Part shown: positions 47,360 through 61,646 of the stretch, in pieces
Position numbering within the stretch: position 1 is the first letter of the stretch
Layout: each line of letters starts with the position of its first letter
NCBI RefSeq assembly: GCF_009914755.1
Contig: NC_060939.1
Length of the DNA stretch: 64,000 bases
Source: the human T2T-CHM13v2.0 reference genome, Homo sapiens
Reading direction: 5' to 3' (one strand)
The notes under the pieces: generated by a model
What the model was told of the DNA's origin: nothing
What the model saw: the letters and a program-made list of their open reading frames with translations, nothing else
The model's database searches: none
Translations under genes and position numbers: made by a program

Positions 47360-47500
47360 TCCAATTTTATGATGGAGGCTATGTCATGAAAGGAATTCAG
47401 CCAATGTGACACAATTTACATGAACGCAGTCATCCCCAGGGCAGCACCATGTGTCGAACGCTATAAAGGCAGACGAAAGTTTGAAACAGCAAGCAAGAAA
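47360..47500 (+). promoter_or_regulatory. Candidate CCAAT + TATA core promoter
   Basis: AGCCAATG at 47399-47406, TATAAAG at 47462-47468, four CpGs within ~55 bp. Confidence 0.3.
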
Positions 47501-47974
47501 GAGAGTAGTATTTCAAGTGAAGACTAGTCTGGGGTGAAAGCTGGTTTTTACATTAAATCATACTGCTCTCTGATCTTTCTATGTTAATGTCACTTCAGGT
47601 TGAATAAATCAGATTGGAAAAGACAATACCACGTTTAAAAATTATTTATCCTTTATAGGATGTATTAAAGAATGTAGAGGTTTTCCTATTTTCCTTCTCT
47701 TTCTTCATAAGAATTGAGGCTTTAAGCTTCCTTATCCTAGGGAACCTAGAGAGACTTCTCATCAGCTGAGAGGAGAAGGGAGAAAGATGCAAAGTGACAA
47801 AACATCAGAGAGTGTGGCTGTTCGGGGCAAGCCCATTATTATATTTGAAGCCTTTTAAAAGTATTAAGCATTTATGTGTTACATATGTCAGAGACATAAA
47901 AATGTTACGTATATGCATGCTTAAATATATGGTGTGCTACAGTAATTTTAGTTTCTTAAAACTAAATGTATTAT

Positions 47975-48160
47975 TTAGTGTCTAATGTGTGCTAGTTTAT
48001 CAATATTATCTTGAATACTGAAAACAACTCTAAAAAATAGATATTATTTCAACTTCAGAGATGTAGAAACTACAGCTCAGGGAGCTTAAGTCCCTTAATG
48101 AAGCCAGCTCTAAGTGGCAGAGTCCTAAGGTAGGGTCACAGTTCTGAGCTCGGTCTGATT
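47975..48160 (-). mobile_element. MIR
   Basis: 'aacaactctaaaaaatagatattatt...agatgtagaaactacagctcagggagcttaagt...aagtggcagagtc'. Confidence 0.6.
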
Positions 48161-51100
48161 AAAAGCAAAACAAAACAGAACAAAAACTACTTGGCACAAT
48201 ACTGAATCATCCAGAATTTAAACAGTGCAAACTTTATAAACATCCTGTGTATCAGGAAACTTTGTGATTCTTTTTAGTCAATATTTTAGGTTTAATTATT
48301 ATCATGTGGACTAGAATATTGGTTTGTAAATTCTCTAACCTTTGTAGTTGACTGAAACTATTATCTTTAATTCCTATTTTCTTAATGAGTCTAGTTCATG
48401 CAAATGCCAAAGTCACCAGGCTGCTCTATTACTGCTACTGAAGCACCTGGCTCTTGCCTGGCACCTGGTGACAGCGACATTCAAGGGATCAGGCATTGTT
48501 TTCCCAGTTAGGCTGCTGAAACTTTAGATAACAATAAGCACAAAAACGGTCAAAACGTTAATAAACAATACAGTAGTTGGCTCCTGTTGTAAGCAGTGCT
48601 GAATCCTGACACCTGAGGCTGAAGGCCAGGGAGTTTTCTTTTAGTTGGGCTATGCCTTGTGCTAATTCAGCAGTCTCAGGCTGGAGCTGGGGAAAAATAT
48701 CCATAAATCTGGAGCCAGACAGGTGGTGAAAAAGGCCAAAAAGGGGAGGGCCAGCATCAGTGAAAGAAAGCTGAGCCATCAAGCTAGAATAGAGCAAAGA
48801 CCCTCGAGAGAAAAACAAAGTCATCTGGTAAGGCACAATAGGATAACACTGCTATGTGTGCAAGCTGTCATGGACATACCACATCTCCTTCAGGTCCTCA
48901 CATTGTCAGGGCAGACACGCACCTCTGAATGAACTGTATGCGCTCCTGGCTTGATTTTCCCCATTTCAGTCAAATTATTTTGTGAGTAGAGTCACACTCT
49001 TTACATACATACTGATGAGATGAATATATGATATATACTCTAAAATAATTCATCCTTTTTAGGACTGTTGTCGTTAATTTTAATGTTTGTCTTCGATGGA
49101 ACAAACATCCTTCATCTTCTTTATACTGAAAGGCAGTTCTCCCAGCCTCTCTCAGAAACATGTATCCATTTATGTTTTCAATTTACTTTGCGCTATTTTT
49201 CAAAAAGTCAGGTCACGACCTAATTTCTGAAGCAATCTTAACAGTGCTTTTTTGTTCACCAGTGGCTTATATGATTAAGGAGACCATCGGGATTTTTTGT
49301 TGTTATGTTTTCTATAGCATCTCCTTTGCCGATATCTCATTCTCTGTGGTGTGCAGTTCAGCATCTTGAATAAAATTTCATGACAAGAAATGGGTGTTCT
49401 GCTTTGGAAAATGGCAGCTTCATCTCAATAGCTATATAATTTCTTAGAATTTGTGCTTTCTTATTGTGAGCTTCAATCATCTCAATATTAAAAAGTATTC
49501 AAACACTTGCAATACAACATCTACCTGAGATGTGACAAAGTACCATGGTTTCCTTTCAGCCATAACAATGGTATCCAAACATTCATTCCTTTAAAAAACT
49601 CAAATAATTCATCAAAACACAAATGAGGCTGGAAAGTTGACAATTAAGTTATTATATATTACTGAATAAACCACTTTGGTAGGAATATTATGGAAGTTGC
49701 TAAGATATGAGAAAAGAAGACTGAAAATATGACACGACTGTAGGTCCCTCTGCTTTTAGAATGCCAGTAAAGAGCAATTCAGTTCAAGGCATATAAAATA
49801 CAAATCTTCTTAACTTCTCAATTTGCTAGCTACCTACATGCCTTGCAGCAGGCTTAGAAAGGAAGATAGGCACTTAAAGGGGCAGTAAATGGACAGAGGA
49901 AATGAACTTCTCATTAAGTTAAATAGCACTCATTTAGTATGAATGCTAATGGTGCTAGGACATGTCGAATCAGGAATCACTATGATATCACTCCTTTTAG
50001 AGCTCACGTATTAAAGTAACACTGATGTGGAAAACACAATAATTTTACAGTGGAACAGACAACTGCCATCATATGTGGATTGAAATGAACTGTCTATAAG
50101 ACTGTAGTCTACATCTTAATATTTTCCTCAATTTCAGATCTTGTCTTAACCGTATCATACAATAAAAACCCAAACACTGAATAACATCTAAAAATTAAAA
50201 TATATTAAATGTTCTGTAAATAAAAAAAGGGCTACCATGCCATAAGTTGTCAGTGCCTAGGATTGACCTCCCTGAAAGTAATCTATTGGTTTGAAATAAT
50301 TCTATTATATGCCTACAAGAAAGAAACTGTAGACATAGGGGAAAAGATTGAGTGTCAAACTTAGCTACCATTAAATGTAATTTTTAATATGTCTTGTAGA
50401 ATGCATTACTCTAAGTGAAATAGATTAGCTAAAATGGTCTCAAATGACTAAGATGCTTTACTAATAAAAAATGAATTAAGCAGATATACACTTAGTATTA
50501 ACAATATTAATTTAATTATTTATATTGGTATATTTATTTCAAAAATGTCTATTAAATTTGCTTTTAATCCATTCATTCATGAATTAATTTTCTTATTTTT
50601 AATATTTTAGGTATCTTATAAAACTATATGTCATAATTTCAAAACTTTATTGACAAAAGGCCAAGAAAATATAGAACAGAAAGAAAAATAGTTTATATAA
50701 TTAAATTTTTAAAATGATATAGAGCTTCCAAGTGGCCAGAGTAAAAGAGAATGAGATATAATTGATTATATAAGTTTTATTCATAATACAAAAAAAAAGT
50801 TCTATCAGTTTTTTTGGGGAAACATTTTTCCTTTGGACTTTGGTATGAATTATAGTTCTTAAGGGGATCTTCTCAAATGGTTATTGAGTAATGTATTGGT
50901 AAATACCATTAACTATATAAACATGGCAAATGCAATACCAATTTATATAGCATCTAGTGATTTGATTTCTATGTGTTTCACCATAGTCCTAGCCCTGTGA
51001 TCACTCTTCCTAGTGACACTTACATTTGTCCTATGTCTCCCATCTTTAGAACAGGTATCAAGTACTCTTCCACACACCCTCTCTCCTTTTCTAGCCTTTC

Positions 51101-51289
51101 CTGAAAAATGAGGTCTTTATCCAATGGTTGTATTGCAACACATGAAATACATGCTAACTTTTCAAATGATAAATGACATCAGAGAGTTGTGAAATCTCTT
51201 CCTAGCTACTAATTGTTGCTTTTACTATACAGTATTATTAAATTAATATAGCTTTTACATTATTAATAGCAGATTTCTAGAAAATCATA

Positions 51290-51796
51290 AATATATTCAT
51301 GGTAGAGAGAGGCATTAGGTAAACTGGGTAAGTAGCCAGGAAGGAAAGCTTGTTGTGAAGTGGGGAGCAAAAACCAGCAGGAACACAGAAAGACAATCTA
51401 GAGTCCACATCTGTCTCTTATCACCTTCAGCCTCAATAATGCTGGTAACCTGTGGAATTAGCTAATGTCTTTTTACACAGTTTTCCATGTGTTTCTGGAT
51501 CAGAATTTGGAGAAGCTGAGGGAAAAGATTTTGGAGGTAGCTACAGTAGTTGTGGATTTGGGTTCTGTCCACGTCAATAAAGTGAGCCAGTAGATCAATA
51601 AAAGTCTACATGAGCAGTCACAGTGCCTAGTGTCCTGCACTAGCCTTCAGAGCAAAAAATTCATTGTTTCTTCACTTCTGCCTTCCAAATCCTGCAGACA
51701 AGGTGAATGGCCAATTCTAAACCATTGTTATACAGGTAAGAAAAGTCTGGGACACTTAGTTCCAGTTTAGCTAAATTAACACAGGGAAAGCCATCA
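51290..51796 (-). mobile_element. Ancient ERVL-class LTR (3' LTR of the adjacent internal fragment)
   Basis: Ends 'tctgggacacttagttccagtttagctaaattaacacagggaaagccatca', typical of antisense old ERVL LTR 5' ends. Abuts ERVL internal sequence. Confidence 0.6.
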
Positions 51797-52612
51797 TGTT
51801 CCATTCTTTGTTAACATGGCATCCAAAAACAGCTTTGTTGTTTATTATTAATCTCTTCACCAACCCTCTTCCAAAATAAGATACAAAGTCCTTTTATCAA
51901 TCTTTGGGAGATGTTCATTAATCTTCTACATGAGCATATTTGCATTTAATTACTGAGATATAAAGTTAACTACTATTAACATATCTTATGGGAAATGGAA
52001 AAGGGAAAAACAAATGATTAATATATTCACAATTTGTTTATATCAAAATATAGAAGACATTAATAACTATTACACTTCTCATTTCTATTACTGGTCACAT
52101 AGTCATAGCTGGTATTTAAAACTATCTTCTTTCACTGTCCATTTCATGTTCCCTTTGTTCTCAGCAAGGGCCTCAGATGTTAATGTTTTATTGCCTGGTG
52201 TGGTAACCCAAGACTTCACTCCAGAAAGGTGTGGACCTTTGACAGTCTAACATTTATTGCATTGTGTAGTTCTACATTAACTTTTACCATAAGACATGGA
52301 ATTATTAAGATGTTCCTCAGTGTATCACCTGTAGGGGCAATTTAATTTCACTTTTGAAAGTCAAGATCCATCAGTCTAGCTGGCAAGGTAACCCCCTTCT
52401 TTGCTTATTTGTTGGCATGAGAACGCCAAAGTGGCCTGGTGGCAGTATCAGATTTCAGTTTTAATGAAACCATGGTTAGGGGATTCTTCCCTTGGGAGAT
52501 AAGGTCGTTGGACTAGCAAACCCAAACTTGTGAGTTTGGGGTGAAAATACGTTGCTAGCTCATCACTAGGAGTGAGAGGAGACACTCCCATTTTATCCTT
52601 AATTTCCAGAAA
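51797..52612 (-). mobile_element. ERVL internal 3' region with decayed dUTPase sequence
   Basis: Reverse complement of ~52418-52451 reads LILPPGHFGVL (ERVL dUTPase motif LPPGHFG). 'ggtcacatagtcatagctggtatt' and 'catcactaggagtg' match recalled HERVL-int. Confidence 0.8.
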
Positions 52613-52654
52613 TATTAACAGTACATATTCCTAAATATTTATTTCTGAGAGGTA

Positions 52655-54262
<1,608 letters not shown>

Positions 54263-54689
54263 TATTTTTCTTTTCTTTATATAACCCATCCAATATTCTT
54301 ATTTTGACTGTACACACTTATTTTCTTCCTTTTATTTTCAACTTATTGTATCCTTCTACTTAAAGTATATTTCTTCCAGACAGAATACAGCTGGTCTTGC
54401 TTTTTGAGCTAGTTTAACAATATCTGCCTTTTGATTACAATATTTAGTCTAATAATTAAAATTTAAAAATAACATTTAAAAACATACAAATATATAAAAC
54501 AAAAAAATTTAAAAATACAAAATAGTTGGGAATACATTTAATAAGCAGCTTTAAGAAAAACTTTTTACTGACAAAACTGTAGTAGGCCTGCCAATTTCTA
54601 AGGCTAAACTCTAATTCTACAGGATAAAATGAAAGAAATGGTCAAATGGATAATATCACATTTTCTATAGGAACAAAGATTATTTGCTT

Positions 54690-54840
54690 TTCATTTATTT
54701 ATTCCACAAATACTATTTGACAGCCTAGTAAAAACTATCTTTTTATAATATTGAGAGTAAAGAAATGCTTCAGACATGGTCCCTGACCTGAAGGAATGTA
54801 CTGTTTATGGAAAGATACATAAGACATTTATAAAGTAAGT
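54690..54840 (-). mobile_element. L2 3' fragment
   Basis: 'tcatttatttattccacaaatactattt...cagacatggtccctgacctgaaggaatgtactgtt'. Confidence 0.6.
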
Positions 54841-54844
54841 ACTA

Positions 54845-55250
54845 TATCAGGTTATGCTAAGTTATGCAGTGATAACACAGTAACCTCAAAATCTAAGTGG
54901 CTTTACATAACAAATTTTTATCTTTTTGCTTACGCATTGCCTGCTTTCAGTCTGAGTGTCTCTAGAAGGCAAGTATTCTCCATATGTTTCTTGTTCCAGC
55001 TGCTTCAATTTTGTAACAATCCTACATCAACAGGTAATTTCAGAATCCTCATGTCTAGGGAAGAGCTGAAGAGTAGGGCATCAGAATTAAATATTCTAAC
55101 AGGAAGTGACATTTGGCACTTCTATCCATATTTCATTGCCCAAGCACGTTGTATAGCCATGCTTAATTTTGCCTCAGGACTATACAACCACCCTATGTGA
55201 CTATAAATAGAGGAGAATTTCATGTTAGTGAAAAGTGCTAGTTTCTACTG
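54845..55250 (-). mobile_element. Old MLT1 (K/J-like) LTR
   Basis: 'tcaggttatgctaagttatgcagtgataacac...cctcaaaatctaagtggcttt...catatttcattgcccaagcacgttgtatagccatgcttaa'. Confidence 0.7.
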
Positions 55251-56514
55251 TATGATGTATAGTAGAGGTATACTTAAGTATTACTCACTAGTCAGTGACA
55301 GTGGTCACTGCTTGTTATTTTCTTATAGTTATGGATTGGAAAAGTAGGTTAAATTCTGACATATATAGTAAAGAGGAAGATAAAAAATTAAAATGAGAAT
55401 CTTGCCGTGCACTTTAAGCTCCAGTCCACACGATAAAAATATGAATTGTGCACCTATTTGGGCAAAGTCCTATGTGAAGTGCAATATAAATAGGCATAAT
55501 TCTGACTCTTAAAGATCTTACAATATAATGGAAAAGGTGAGGCAAACCTAAAGAAATGCAGTAAAAGTTGATTAATCTGATAACTTATGGGCTGGAAATC
55601 TTTATTACTTATACATATATAAGACCATGATAATGATAACCTTGGAACTCTGCAAAACCCTAAAGTGTTTTCGGAATCAAATAAAGGAAGGTTAAATTAT
55701 TTTCAGTCTAGTTTAAGTTTGAGACTATATTGAACTTTAATACTAGACAATTGTCCATTCATGCATGGGATAGACTTCTTATTTCTAGTAACTTGAACCA
55801 GTGATGAACTAGAGTACACCATTCTCTGATCATTTGTAAACAAAATTAGAGAAACAGATAAACATTTGTTTCCAGCATCTGCACAGAATTGGTTATGTGT
55901 ATTGTGCAATCATAGTGATTTATAATGAGAGTAAGATGGAAGTAGATTAGGGATTTATGTAAAAAGGCTATCTGAAGAGTATGTTTTTCAGGAGAGGCAA
56001 GAGGTGTTTTGGTGCATAGGAAGATGAAAGTGGGGGAAAGCATCCCAGAAAAGAGATAGTTTAGAGAGAGATGTGTGACCTTGATCACATTCATTGTTTT
56101 TGCGTGTCTGGAAAAGGCTATACAATGGAAAGTAGGAAAGGGAAGAAAGTTCCATTAATAGTCAACTTAAAGTTTATCATAAGGGTTAATTTATGTGGTT
56201 TAGAGTGCAAATTCAAGTCCATTCAGGTTCTCAAAAGCAGGCTTGGAGATAGTTCCTGGATTTGTTTGTAAGGTACTTGTACAAGGAAAAGCTGCCCAGA
56301 TGGATGGTCCTGGAGAGCAGACATCAATGACTAGGAGCTGCCAGAATGGAAGGTAAACCTAAAGACTACAGGGAACCATCAGTAGATTGGGTGTTCCTTA
56401 GTTTCTGTCTGACATACACTTTTTTCACTATTCCAGTGATCACATTCATTGCAACAATGTCAACTATTCTCTATATGCTTATATAATAATTCTTACGTGA
56501 AACAGAGAAAATGC

Positions 56515-56760
56515 ACAGTATAGTGTGCACTCTGGAGACTGCCTAACTTAGAATGTCAACTAGATCACTAGCTATCAGTGACATTCAGCAAATTGTTAAA
56601 CTTTTCTGAGTTTCAGATTAGTTTCATAATTTGAAAACAAAGATAATTATGTCTTCTAAACTAACAGTGATATTGTACAGATCAAATGAGTTAATAGACA
56701 TAAAATATTTATAACAGTACCTGGTATATGCTAAGTAATCAATACATGTTTGTTATTATA
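56515..56760 (+). mobile_element. MIR
   Basis: 'actctggagactgcct...cagatcaaatgagttaatagacataaaatatttataacagtacctggtatatgctaagtaatcaatacatg'. Confidence 0.7.
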
Positions 56761-58772
56761 TGTCTACCAAAATTTATTTTTTCTAAGAGAAAAATTTGTA
56801 TGTCTATCTGCATTTTGGATCTCTCCATTTGGATACCCGAGAGAAACCCCAGGTTCCACAAGATAGGCACATCCTCTCTCTACCCAGGCCCACTCTTGTG
56901 TTGTATTCCTCTTCTATTCAACCTATTGAAAGTATCTCCAATATGTTCATCATTGTTTCTCCACATTGTTTCCCTACATATAGTATACGACAAAATAAAT
57001 TCTGAATATTTCATATGAATAAAGACTCTTTGAGGGCAATAAAGGAGTTGAATTGTGAGCATGACTCCAAGTCCTAAACTTAGATAGAAATGCAGTTGGA
57101 AATTGGACGGAAAAGAATGTGGGCATGAAAAACAGATCTCAATTGTTGATATTACTTAACAGCTGCTTTCCTTAGCAAATGCTTTAAATTGACAAAGCAT
57201 AAAGCTTAGAAAATGCAGGTTTTTCTACAAGCAATTATTTATTGCTTTTGAACATTTCCACACCTCATCAATTTTGTCTTCCACTCCCTTTGAAAAACAA
57301 AACAATGTTTGACAAAGAAAGAAGATAAAGCTCTCTTCCATCAAGGAATCACAGCATCTGCTTGGCTTATATTACCTTAAAGATAAGAGGTTACATCCTC
57401 TGGAAAGATTCTTAAAGGACACAAGTTGACATAATTTTATAGGAGAATAAAAGGGCATGCTTTCATGGATGGATGATAAAAGCATGGGGGAAGAAGAGCA
57501 TATTTCAGGTGAAGAAAATGACAGATAAAAAAAGATTGGTGAAGGGTCAAAACAGTATATGAAGTTATCAACATTTATTGCACAATCATTCAATAAAAAT
57601 GTCAACAAGCAAAATGCTGGCTGGCAATAATACAACAACCAAAATGGGTAATTTAAATGAAGGAAGTAGTCTAACTGAGCTCAACATGACTATTAACACT
57701 TATTTACTGGTCTCAGTGGAATAAAATACTGAAAGACAAGAGTTTGAAGTGAATAAAATTGTATCCAATTTACAATCAAATGAAAAGATGATGGGCTCAG
57801 AGCCAAAAAATATTCCTCAATTAAGCTTCTTTTCAATGGCTTCAGTTTAACCAGCTGGATTTTTATTTAAAATTTAAAAAATCTATATTATTCAACCTTT
57901 TGAAAAGCAGGATTTTCCTTTTAATGGGTAATTTGTTTCTTTTTATAAAATGAAAGTCAGCAAAAACTGGTGTTCTGCACACATGGAAGCACGATGAAAC
58001 TGGCACAGAGAAATGGAAGTTGCCTCCCCTGCTCTCAGAGACATGACATTCTATGAAGAAATATGTGGCAAATGGGATATAAAGACATATAGGTCATGGG
58101 CAGGGAGCTCAGTGGACTTACCTTTCAGTTCAAAGGTTTGCCAGTCAACGTAGGTGATAAGTGATCATTGTGGTTCTATGCTTAATATAGTACAATGATT
58201 TTGAGGATAACTCCTCAATAAAAGGGTAGCTTAAGGTCAAATTGTTCCAATTCAATTGTTCTCTTGCTACATATCAATACATGCACTGCAATTTCATAAA
58301 ATTCTCATTTCTAAATGTATAAAAGTAATTTAAAATTCTGGAACTCAAAGAGGTAAGCTTTTATGGAAGCTTACCTGGAAGATTCTCTTTCAGCACGATG
58401 CTGAATAAATTGAATGTTGCTATAGTAGGAAACATGTTTTATCTTCCACCCTAAAATTTTATAAATATGAATGTATGAAAATTTATATTTTCATAAATAT
58501 AAATTTAATATATTTATATATAATATAAATATACATAATGTTCCTGTTTAGTAAATTCAGTATGAAGGGACAATTCAATAGGTTAAAGTACTGATTTTTT
58601 AAAATGTCAAATAATTAAACATAATGTTCCATCTCCACACATGTAAATGAAGATGAAAAACTAAATTTCAGGTAGTCCAGTCTAATCAACAAACATTTGT
58701 ATGCCTGCCTTAGCAAGTTTGAATGCTCCAAATGCCATAGAGTAAAGGGCAATCTCCATCCTCACTGACTCA

Positions 58773-59631
<859 letters not shown>

Positions 59632-59632
59632 T

Positions 59633-60220
59633 TGTGGTGATTCCTCAGGGATCTAGAACTAGAAATACCGGTTGACCCAGCCATCCCATTACTGGGTATA
59701 TACCCAAAGGACTACAAATCATGCTGCTATAAAGACACATGCACACGTATGTTTATTGCGGCACTATTCACAATAGCAAAGACTTGGAACCAACCCAAAT
59801 GTCCAACAATGATAGACTGGATTAAGAAAATGTGGCACATATACACCATGGAATACTATGCAGCCATAAAAAGTGATGAGTTCATGTCCTTTGTAGGGAC
59901 ATGGATGAAATTGGAAATCATCATTCTCAGTAAACTATCGCAAGAACAAAAAACCAAACACTGCATATTCTCACTCATAGGTGGGAATTGAACAATGAGA
60001 ACACATGGACACAGGAAGGGGAACATCACACTCTGGGGACTGTTGTGGGGTGGGGGGAGGGGGGAGGGATAGCTTTAGGAGATACACCTAATGCTAAATG
60101 ACGAGTTAATGGGTGCAGCACACCAGCATGGCACGTGTATACATATGTAACTAACCTGTACATTGTGCACATGTACCCTAAAACTGAAAGTATAATAATA
60201 ATAAAATTAAAAAAAAAGAA
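59633..60220 (+). mobile_element. 3' segment of the same L1PA3-like insertion (ORF2 C-terminus, 3'UTR, poly-A)
   Basis: ORF2 ends ...FSLIGGN at 59991. G-rich tract; 'taggagatacacctaatgctaaatgacgagttaatgggtgcagcacaccagc' (L1PA3-type, no L1HS ACA/ACG); A tail. Confidence 0.95.
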
Positions 60221-61143
60221 ATTTATAAACAATTGGGAATATCTGTTAAAATAATTATTTAGGTTACATATATTTCCAAAATGCAATATACACTATTGTC
60301 TTATTTTAAGAAATTGTCACAGCCAATATAGAATATAAATTAGATCTGTCTGACTACAAAGCCTGAATGAAGGACTACGTGAATGGATGAAGTCTTACAA
60401 ACCGGTATGCCAAATACAAACATATACAAACTAAGGAATTAAGTACTGAAAGATGTCAAAGAAGAACCTAAGGCAAAACAAATTAATTTTCACTTGATAT
60501 TAAATTACAAGTAATATATGTGAAAGTACTTAGATCCCAACACAGAAGATGTATTAAAATATTAGAACTTGAGAAAAAAAGAGAGAAAATATTATATACA
60601 CTTACAAATAATTAATATGAAACAGTAAACTGTGAAGCAAAGTAGAAGGGAAACACATTTCATTGAAGAAAATGAGCAATGGCTCCATAGAGTTGATGGC
60701 ATTTAAGAAGGGCTTTGAAAGATAAGTAGAAGTGACCATAAGATAGGGTGTTTCAGGGACTATAGCAGCATAAGAAAAACAAACAGGTGGTAAATAATGA
60801 GATGGATGGGAAATACTGAGGCATACAGTTCTAAACAAAGAATATTAAATAGGGAAATTGGTAGATAAGCTTGGGTAGATGGGCTTAACACGGTAAGACA
60901 TTGAATGACAGACTAAGGCTTTTGTATGCCTTGTATGTAAAACATACTTGTTTTATCATGCAATTTGCCCTAAACCAGAGACTCTCAAAGTCATTTTTGA
61001 GTACAAATGGTTCAGGTGTCAGAGCTTTTACCAAAAAGCTAGGAGATGTGTATGATCAGGTTTCCATGGGTTATTAGTATTCTTAAATGCATTCAGGTGA
61101 ATTATTTCTTTCCTTGCTGATTTATGTCCTATTCAACAGTTGG

Positions 61144-61646
61144 TTCATTGGTCTGTGTCTATTTTTGTACCACTACCATGCTATTTTGGTTACTGTAGTC
61201 TTGTAATAGAGTTTGAAGTTGGGAAACGTGATGTCTTTGGCTTTGTTCTTTTTGTTTAGGATTGCTTTGGCTATTTGTGCTCCATTTTTGTTCCATGTGA
61301 ATTTTATAATAGTTTTTTCTAATTCTATGAAAAATGACATTGGTAATTTGATATAAATTTGTCGAATCTGTAGATTGCTTTGGGCAGTTTGGACATTTTA
61401 ACAATATTGATTCTTTCAATCCATGATCATGGAATGTGTTTCTATTTTTTCTGTGTCATCTGTGATTTCTTTCAGCAGTGTTTTGTAGTTTCCCTTATAG
61501 AGATCTTTTACCTCTTTGGTTAGGTGTAATCCTAGGTCTTTTATTTATTTTGCAGCTACTGTAAATGAAATTACATTCTTTATTTGGTTCTCAGGTTGAA
61601 TTTTATTTGCGTATTGAAATGCTACTGCTTTTTGTATGATGATTTT
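61144..61646 (-). mobile_element. Inverted 5' segment of an L1PB-type insertion
   Basis: Antisense ORF2 sequence 'ttcattggtctgtgtctatttttgtacc...agatcttttacctctttggttagg...gctactgctttttgtatgatgatttt'. Confidence 0.9.

Noticed and set aside
58455-58540. AT-rich quasi-palindromes (TATGAAAAT-TTAT-ATTTTCATA)
   Set aside because: Expected by chance in near-pure A/T sequence.
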